From: Candidatus Latescibacterota bacterium
GTDB lineage: Bacteria > Latescibacterota > UBA2968 > UBA8231
Direction of reading: 5' to 3'
Length of the DNA stretch: 64,000 bases
Assembly (NCBI GenBank): GCA_965203175.1
Contig: OZ241867.1
Span: 4,416,001-4,480,000 of the forward strand
In this document: in pieces, positions 57,641 through 64,000 of the stretch
Layout: each line of letters starts with the position of its first letter
How positions within the stretch are numbered: the first letter of the stretch is position 1
Position numbers and translations under genes: made by a program
Notes under the pieces: generated by a model
Database searches by the model: none
What the model was told of the DNA's origin: nothing
Seen by the model: the letters and a program-made list of their open reading frames with translations, nothing else

Positions 57641-58894
57641 TTAAGACTCAACGAGAAATAAACTCAAATCAGCCCAGTAAGTAATCACGACCAAACAAGC
57701 CAACAAAATCAACAGAAAAGGCAAGGAAACGCGGTAGAGGCGGTGTACGGGCTGCTCAAAGCGAATACTGGCAATGAAGAGATTGAGCCCAACCGGCGGC
57801 GTCGAGTAGCCGATTTCCAAGTTGGTCAAGAAAATGATCCCGAGGTGAATGGGATGCACATCGTATGCCTCGGCGATGGGCAGAATCAGGGGTACGACGA
57901 TGAGGAGGGCGGAGAACATGTCGATCATACAACCAACCGCTAGCAGAAACACATTGAGGAGAATCAAAAACAGCAGGCGGCTGCTGATGTGAGTCTCGAT
58001 ATAGGCGAGCAAGCGCGTTGGAATTTCCGCATCAATGAGATAATTGGTATAGGCCGTGGCCGCGGCCAAGACAACAAAAATGCCGCCGACGAGTACCATG
58101 CTGTCGCAGATGATCTTCGGTAGTTGTCCAATGGAAATCTCGCGGCGGATTAGCACCACTACCACCAGAGCGTACAGGGTACTTAAGGCCGCGGCTTCGC
58201 TGACGGCGATTATCCCCCCGTAGATACCCCCGAAGATCACCACCGGCAACAGAAGTTCCCAACTACAATCGACAAAGGCCTGCGGCAATTCGCGCCACCC
58301 AGTAGGGCGCTCGGGCGCGGCACAGCGCCGACCTTGGAATAGGCTGTAGCAAGACAGGGCACCTACTAGGAGCAAACCGGGGGCGATGCCGGCGATAAAA
58401 AGCTTGTCTATCGGCGTCTCGGATACAATCCCGTAGATGATCAGCGGCAAACTCGGCGGAAAGAGCAAGCCCAGACTGCCCGAGGTGGTAATTAGCCCAA
58501 GGGAAAACGAATCGGGCAGGCGTTGTTGGCGCAGAGCGGGCAAGAGCAGTCCGCCGAGCGCGACAATCGTCATCCCCGATGCTCCGGTCAAAGCCGTGAA
58601 GAGGGCACAGACGATAATGGCCATAATGGCCAGCCCCCCTGGCAGCCAGCCGAGCAAAGCTTGGGAAAAGCGCACCAGCCGAGACGGTGCGCCGCTTTCA
58701 GCGAGGAGGAAGCCCGTGAGGGCAAAGAGCGGGATGGCCGTTAAGGTCGGCGTTTCGGCTAGCCGGTACATCTCGATGAAGACAGCGGTTAAATCGATCT
58801 CGGCGATGGAGAAGTGCAAAATGGCCATCGCGCTGATGACCACAAAGAGCGGGACGCCGGCTAGGGCGGCTAGGGTTGCTAGGAGGCTACTCAC
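57641..58894 (-). CDS. dctM: TRAP transporter large permease
   Basis: AIPLF..G..L, TGASG, GLLFPPSLP, TPPVGLNLF; GTG start overlaps the dctQ stop. Confidence 0.9.
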   Translation of the reverse strand: MSSLLATLAALAGVPLFVVISAMAILHFSIAEIDLTAVFIEMYRLAETPTLTAIPLFALTGFLLAESGAPSRLVRFSQALLGWLPGGLAIMAIIVCALFTALTGASGMTIVALGGLLLPALRQQRLPDSFSLGLITTSGSLGLLFPPSLPLIIYGIVSETPIDKLFIAGIAPGLLLVGALSCYSLFQGRRCAAPERPTGWRELPQAFVDCSWELLLPVVIFGGIYGGIIAVSEAAALSTLYALVVVVLIRREISIGQLPKIICDSMVLVGGIFVVLAAATAYTNYLIDAEIPTRLLAYIETHISSRLLFLILLNVFLLAVGCMIDMFSALLIVVPLILPIAEAYDVHPIHLGIIFLTNLEIGYSTPPVGLNLFIASIRFEQPVHRLYRVSLPFLLILLACLVVITYWADLSLFLVES

Positions 58895-59367
58895 GGACGA
58901 TCTGCCGGAGTGCGAAGGCGACGCACACCCTGCAGGAGGAAGCGCAGTGCCATCAGGCCAAAGACGAAGGGAAAGCACAGTTGGGCAATCCAAGCGGGGA
59001 CCGCGAAGAAAGCCGTCGAGCCGAACGCTCGTTCGTCGAGCACGAATCGGCTAGCGATATAGGCCAAATAAGAGCAAAGCGCGGCGGCAAAAAAGTCCGC
59101 GCAGCCCAAGACGATGACTCGCACCCGGGCCGGTAGCAGACGCAACACAGCGTCAATGCGGATGTGTTTGTCGAGTCGAGTGGCGACCAAAGCGCCGGAT
59201 AGCCCAATCCACAGCACAAGGTGCCGCACGAGGCTTTCAGTGCCCAAGAAGGTGATGGAGAACAGGTTGCGCATGAGGATCTGCCCACAGGTCAAGACCA
59301 GCAGGCAGGCTACCAAAAGGACGAGAAAGCCAGTCTCAAGGCGGTGGAGAAAGGGCTGGCCGCTCAA
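58891..59367 (-). CDS. dctQ: TRAP transporter small permease
   Basis: QILMRN, ESLVRHLVLW, HIRID; four TM segments. Confidence 0.88.
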   Translation of the reverse strand: MSGQPFLHRLETGFLVLLVACLLVLTCGQILMRNLFSITFLGTESLVRHLVLWIGLSGALVATRLDKHIRIDAVLRLLPARVRVIVLGCADFFAAALCSYLAYIASRFVLDERAFGSTAFFAVPAWIAQLCFPFVFGLMALRFLLQGVRRLRTPADRP

Positions 59368-60368
59368 GGGGAAGTCCGGCGAAAATCTTGGAGGTGCCGC
59401 GCTATTTGCTCGTGGGCCTCGTGGGAAAAGGCTTGGCCCACGAGTTCGGCTTCGGCGCTGGTGACGAGCCCCTTAAAGGTCTCTACATCATTTGGGTTGA
59501 CCTCGACCAGCGATAGGCCATTGGCCTGCAACACGGTCATGGCCTCGTCATTTTCTCGGCGGTTGCGCTGATTCAGAGCGGCCATGTGCTGCCGAGCTAT
59601 GCGGTGGATGTGTTCGCGATCGGCTGGGGGAATCTTGGCGAAAGTTCGTTTGTCGATCAGGAGAGCGCCTAGGGTGTAGTTGATCGGGAGTTGGGTGACG
59701 TATTTTGCGCGGGTAAACCATTGGAGGACGATGGTCGCCGATGGCGAAGCGTACACCACATCGATTAGGTTGGTCTGCAACCCGAGGAGGACGTCCGGGA
59801 TGTTCAGAGGAACCGAGGTGACGCCGGCTAAGCGGAAAAGCACGGAGGTAAGTGGTTCATCGGGTAGCTGCCATACCTTTTGGGCGCGCATGTCCTCGAC
59901 GGTAGCTACGGGTTGCTGCGAGAGGATGTGGACAAAGCCGATGTCGGCCCAACCGAGAAAGACATAGCCCCGTTCTTCGTACCCCTGCCGGTAAAAAGCA
60001 TCCATTTTCTCGAGCACGTAATCTACTTCAGTATAGCTATCGAAGAGGAAGGGCATTTGCAGCGCGAGCACATCGGGCAAGGTCTGACTGACACCTTGGC
60101 CACCAAAATTTCCGCCGTGGAGCTGGCCGATGCGCATCTTGCGCAAGACGACTTTCTCGTCGCCTTGAACGCCGCCGGGATAGATTTTGAACCCCACGTT
60201 GCCATCTGTCTCCTGCCGCACATCTGCATCAATGGTGCGGAGGACCTTGGCCCAGCTGCTACCTTCTGGGGCGAGGGTCGCAATTTTGAGGAGGTGATTG
60301 GGTTGGGCAGCGACAGAGTGGGCTATGAGAGCGGCGGCGACCGCAAAAAGTCCCTTAAAAGAAATCAT
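59364..60368 (-). CDS. dctP: TRAP substrate-binding protein
   Basis: Signal peptide; KIATLAPEGSSW, YPGGVQGDE. Confidence 0.9.
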   Translation of the reverse strand: MISFKGLFAVAAALIAHSVAAQPNHLLKIATLAPEGSSWAKVLRTIDADVRQETDGNVGFKIYPGGVQGDEKVVLRKMRIGQLHGGNFGGQGVSQTLPDVLALQMPFLFDSYTEVDYVLEKMDAFYRQGYEERGYVFLGWADIGFVHILSQQPVATVEDMRAQKVWQLPDEPLTSVLFRLAGVTSVPLNIPDVLLGLQTNLIDVVYASPSATIVLQWFTRAKYVTQLPINYTLGALLIDKRTFAKIPPADREHIHRIARQHMAALNQRNRRENDEAMTVLQANGLSLVEVNPNDVETFKGLVTSAEAELVGQAFSHEAHEQIARHLQDFRRTSP

Positions 60369-61224
60369 CGGCTTGGTCTAGCAGGATCTGCGCCTGTTTT
60401 TGGGCGGCAATGTTTTGCAAGGTAAGCTCCGGTACGGCATCCGCCGGGCTAGTTAGGGCTTGGTTGAGCAGGGATTCGTACAGCACCCGGTCAAAAGCGG
60501 TCCGCGCATAGAATTTGGCCTTGGCTACGTACACCATGAGCACCTGTCCTTTGCTGATGGCCACGGCTCGGTCGAAGTGCTCGGCGGCCTTTTCCGGATT
60601 GCCGCCCAACATCGGAGGCAGGGCTGCGTAATAGGACCCCAAGAAGACATGGGAAGTCCCGTATTGGAAGGTCTCGTCTTGGGCCACAATCCACTGCATG
60701 AGTTTAATGACTTTGGGCAATTCGGCCAGTGCCGCCATGGATTCAATGTTGGCACTAATCCAGGCTCCCCAACTCGAAGCGGCCCAGAACACGGTCGGCA
60801 GGTCTGAAGCCTCCAGGTCGTCAGCGACGCGGATAAATTCAACATAGGGGGCTTTGAGTAAGTCTGGTTGGCTCAGGCGCAGGGCGAGGGCTTTGAGACC
60901 GTTGATCTTGCCCCGGTAGTACAGATGCTTGGCCCGCTCGGGATCATCGACTTCGACCAAAGTGGCGTAGGAAGTATATATCTCAGCAGCACTTAAGAGC
61001 AATTGCGGATCTTGCGGATTGGCCACCAGCAGCCCTTCTAATAAGAGCAGGAAGGTAGGCACACCCGAGGTGACCAAATCCAAGTCGTCGTGGCGGGCTG
61101 TGGCCGCACTGACGTCCTCGATCAGCGATCCCACCAACGAGGACTGCAACCTAGCCGCGCACCCAATCGGCCCAAAGGCGAGAGTTGCCAGCAAGAGCAT
61201 TGTCAAGAGGTGTTTAGCTACCAT
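60355..61224 (-). CDS. TRAP transporter T-component (TatT) lipoprotein
   Basis: Lipobox PIGC; helical TPR-like protein; YAALPPMLGGNPEKAAEHFDRA; upstream of dctPQM. Confidence 0.82.
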   Translation of the reverse strand: MVAKHLLTMLLLATLAFGPIGCAARLQSSLVGSLIEDVSAATARHDDLDLVTSGVPTFLLLLEGLLVANPQDPQLLLSAAEIYTSYATLVEVDDPERAKHLYYRGKINGLKALALRLSQPDLLKAPYVEFIRVADDLEASDLPTVFWAASSWGAWISANIESMAALAELPKVIKLMQWIVAQDETFQYGTSHVFLGSYYAALPPMLGGNPEKAAEHFDRAVAISKGQVLMVYVAKAKFYARTAFDRVLYESLLNQALTSPADAVPELTLQNIAAQKQAQILLDQADDFF

Positions 61225-61267
61225 TCGGACCCAAAAAATCGGCTAAGAGGGGTTCCTCGTTGGTTTT

Positions 61268-62350
61268 CTAACCCCTAAGTCCGCGAGTTTTGTCACTGTC
61301 CATCTCCTCCTCAGGCTCTGTCGTGATGCGTAAGCACTGCCAAGGGTTGCCGTCTTCAGCACAGTCTGCAAAAATCTCCAAAGCACTGGCCAAATCCTCG
61401 CCACGTGCGCGATAAACAGCGGAAAAGAGCGTTAAATTGGCGTTGTAGCGACGATAAGATAAGAGTCGTGCATTGTTTAGTTCCCACTGGAGGAATCCAT
61501 CGTACTGATTGTGGGTAAACTGCGTTCTTATGAGCGCAAAATCGCGCTGGCGCTGAGCAAAAACAACCTGTCTGTCGCGCAGTACAATGTTGCGAGACAA
61601 ACCGAGCGAATAGAGGCTGTCGAGCGCCGCGACGGTCTCAGCCATGAAGTGCCGAAAGAGCGCCGCGTCTGCCCGGCGCGCCTCGGCCTGTTGCAAAAGC
61701 GGGGTATCGGTGCCGAAGTGTTGCGCCAAGAAGAGTAGGGCCCCTTGGCGCCCGACGAAGGTCGCCAAGCTCTCGTTGTAATCGGTCTGCCCTGGGGCAT
61801 AGACAAGGGCGTGAGTCAACTCGTGGAGGATCAAATCGGCTAGCTGATCAGGCGCGTAACCGAGCATTGGGCTGAGAATTGGATCGGAAAAAATGCCCAA
61901 GGTACTGTAGGCACTGACCGGGCGGACAATGGCGTCATACCCTGCTGCGGCGAGAGCATCGCGCTGCTCGTCGGCTAGATCGCGACGGAAGAAACCTTTG
62001 TAAGGGACCTCGCCAACGAACGGAAAATCCCAAGTATAGGGTGAGAATCGGTCGGGCGGACAAGCGCTGACATTCCAACTGATCGGATCGCCTCCCGTAT
62101 CGTAGAAGGTCGTGTACTGATCGTCTGTTTTCAGGCCCACGCTTTCGGCGTAGCGAAGGATGGCTTGGATCAGCTCTAGTTGCGTCCGAGTTTGCGCGGC
62201 CAAGTCGGCTCGGGCAAGGAGGGTTTGGACTGGTATGCGATTATACACCACGCGGCTTTGACCGCGAGCTAGATGCCAATAGTAATTGAGATTGCAGCCG
62301 CAAATGCCCAACAGGCCAAGCCCGATGAGAATGCGAAATAAAAGAGGCAT
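61268..62350 (-). CDS. Putative zinc aminopeptidase lipoprotein
   Basis: Lipobox ICGC; W.FPFVG.VPYKGFF, AYSTLG.F.DP, HELTH..NESLA. Confidence 0.82.
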   Translation of the reverse strand: MPLLFRILIGLGLLGICGCNLNYYWHLARGQSRVVYNRIPVQTLLARADLAAQTRTQLELIQAILRYAESVGLKTDDQYTTFYDTGGDPISWNVSACPPDRFSPYTWDFPFVGEVPYKGFFRRDLADEQRDALAAAGYDAIVRPVSAYSTLGIFSDPILSPMLGYAPDQLADLILHELTHALVYAPGQTDYNESLATFVGRQGALLFLAQHFGTDTPLLQQAEARRADAALFRHFMAETVAALDSLYSLGLSRNIVLRDRQVVFAQRQRDFALIRTQFTHNQYDGFLQWELNNARLLSYRRYNANLTLFSAVYRARGEDLASALEIFADCAEDGNPWQCLRITTEPEEEMDSDKTRGLRG

Positions 62351-62397
62351 CCGCGGCCAAGGCCACTTGTGCGTCTTAATTAGGAGAGCGAGCCAAC

Positions 62398-62883
62398 CTA
62401 GAGTTTGCTGACGATCTTTTTTCCATCGAAGATTACATTGCCCTCTTTGTCGAGGACGCGACCGTCGCTAGTGAACTCGTACTTCATGGATTGACCCAAG
62501 GTCAGGTGGCGTTGTACTTCCTCTAAGTCTTGATATTTCTCAATTAGCTTCTCAATCGGCCCCTCAAATGAAGTCTGCTGCCACTTAGGACGATCCTTGT
62601 TGTGGGCGGCCCGTTCCTCAGCTGTCATAATGGGCAGGCGCTCGGCAGCGGGGGTGAACCGCCCAGCCATGGCCTGTTGGCGGCGATACTTCTCGTGGCG
62701 CTTTTCCGACTCGGTCAGCATTTCTTCGGGAATGGTCTCGAAGCTGGTATCTTGGTCGCCTCCTTGTTCCCGGCGTTTTTGCTGTTCTTCTTCGACTTCG
62801 CGCGAAAGGCGCTGTTGGCGCTCGTGGTCCAAGCTAGTGTCCGTGCCTAATCTCCGCAGTACATGCCGCGCGGCCTTGTTCAT
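62398..62883 (-). CDS. Hypothetical charged protein
   Basis: 161-aa ORF with GGAGG RBS; no recognised motif. Confidence 0.55.
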   Translation of the reverse strand: MNKAARHVLRRLGTDTSLDHERQQRLSREVEEEQQKRREQGGDQDTSFETIPEEMLTESEKRHEKYRRQQAMAGRFTPAAERLPIMTAEERAAHNKDRPKWQQTSFEGPIEKLIEKYQDLEEVQRHLTLGQSMKYEFTSDGRVLDKEGNVIFDGKKIVSKL

Positions 62884-63092
62884 AGCGAATGCGCTGCCTC
62901 CCTAAATTGTGTGCGTGTATCAAAAATTGGCTAGCGATAAAAAATATAAGGGGGGTGGGTGATTTGGCAAATCCAAATCACCTTAGTTATTATAGAGTAG
63001 GATAGATAGGCAGTAGTAGATGCTCTTGATGTCGGGTCTCTATAGCCAAGGCTAAAGAGTCGAGATTTGAACTTTTGGTATGGAGATATAGG

Positions 63093-64000
63093 ATGAGCTT
63101 TTTATCGCGTTTCTTTTCTCATGAAATAGGCATAGACTTGGGTACCGCCAATACCTTGGTGTTCGTCAAAGGCAAGGGAATCGTACTCAACGAGCCCTCG
63201 GTTGTAGCACGCCAAGTCTCCACCCAAAAAGTCATTGCAGTCGGCGAAGAGGCCAAGGAGATGATGGGGCGTGAAAACGCCGGTATTCAAATAATTCGCC
63301 CCCTGAAGGACGGTGTCATAGCCGATTTTGAAGTTACCGAGGAAATGATCCGCAGTTTTATTCGCAAGGTAAAAAAGAACCAACTTTTCATGCGGCCCAA
63401 GATCGTGGTAGCAGTCCCGGCAGGCAGCACGGAAGTGGAGAAGCGGGCGGTGCGAAACTCCTGCGAGCGCGTGGGGGCCAGAGAAGTCCATCTGGTCAGC
63501 GAGCCTATGGCCGCGGCCATAGGCATGGGATTGCCGGTCGATCAAGCCGTCGGCTCAATGGTCATCGATATCGGCGGCGGGACGACGGAGGTCGCCGTAA
63601 TCGCCCTTTCAGGTCTCGTCGAACACGAATCGCTGAGGGTGGCTGGGGCTGCTATGGATCAGGCGATTATCGAGTGGATGCGTAGAAAGCACAACCTGCT
63701 TATTGGTGTCCAAGGTGCCGAGTCCATCAAGTGGCAAATTGGTTCGGCGACGGAATTGGATACAGAAGAAACTATCCCGGTGCGCGGTCGCGATACCATA
63801 GCTGGGCTACCCAAAGTCTTGCAGGTGGATTCGGTCGAGATCCGAGAATCTCTATCTGGTTCCGTGGCCCAAATCGTTGCCAGCGTGCGCAGAGTGTTGG
63901 AGAGAATGCCGCCCGAATTGGCGGCGGATATCCTCGATAGGGGGATGGTGCTATGCGGCGGTGGGAGCATGCTGCGAGGATTGAAGGAACATCTGCTCAG
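63093..64000 (+). CDS. mreB: Rod shape-determining protein MreB (3'-truncated by window end; not in ORF track)
   Basis: Manual translation MSFLSRFFSHEIGIDLGTANT..NEPSVVA..RPLKDGVIADF..EPMAAAIG..DIGGGTTEVA. Confidence 0.93.
   Translation, partial: MSFLSRFFSHEIGIDLGTANTLVFVKGKGIVLNEPSVVARQVSTQKVIAVGEEAKEMMGRENAGIQIIRPLKDGVIADFEVTEEMIRSFIRKVKKNQLFMRPKIVVAVPAGSTEVEKRAVRNSCERVGAREVHLVSEPMAAAIGMGLPVDQAVGSMVIDIGGGTTEVAVIALSGLVEHESLRVAGAAMDQAIIEWMRRKHNLLIGVQGAESIKWQIGSATELDTEETIPVRGRDTIAGLPKVLQVDSVEIRESLSGSVAQIVASVRRVLERMPPELAADILDRGMVLCGGGSMLRGLKEHLL

Noticed and set aside
57590-57660. AT-rich patch as an att site or island boundary
   Set aside because: No matching repeat was found at the other side of mcrBC and there is no integrase. 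It is probably just the junction between convergent genes.

Overview
A GC-rich bacterial chromosome segment, mostly housekeeping and metabolic genes. The FlgD/Por-tail domains, PorV-like barrel, Bacteroidetes-type TonB receptor and DUF6785-type proteins suggest an FCB-superphylum lineage such as Latescibacterota (inference only). From left to right: nitrilase, methyltransferase, HDAC, Nudix, E2, ftsH, RidA, MFS, gdh, a Cys/Ser-tailed gene pair, an IS200/IS605 (tnpB) remnant, a TonB receptor/DUF4249 cassette flanked by a duplicated promoter, a LarA-family sugar operon, and two tandem secreted FlgD-dockerin-PD40-WD40 proteins. Next comes a 10-kb three-gene membrane module: two OPT-like proteins plus an apparently inactive, nicastrin/nicalin-like M28-FtsX fusion with no ATPase. 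It is followed by an intact-ORF group II intron with an unusually long structured 5' region, a YbjN-PspA-polyamine operon, cysC, pyrH, purB, McrBC with an atypical N-terminal domain, a TatT-TRAP transporter and a partial mreB. No CRISPR array, tRNA or rRNA was seen. The best candidates for undescribed biology are the 28.6-38.4 kb membrane module and the structured RNA in and upstream of the intron. All family assignments come from motif recognition by eye, with no searches run.
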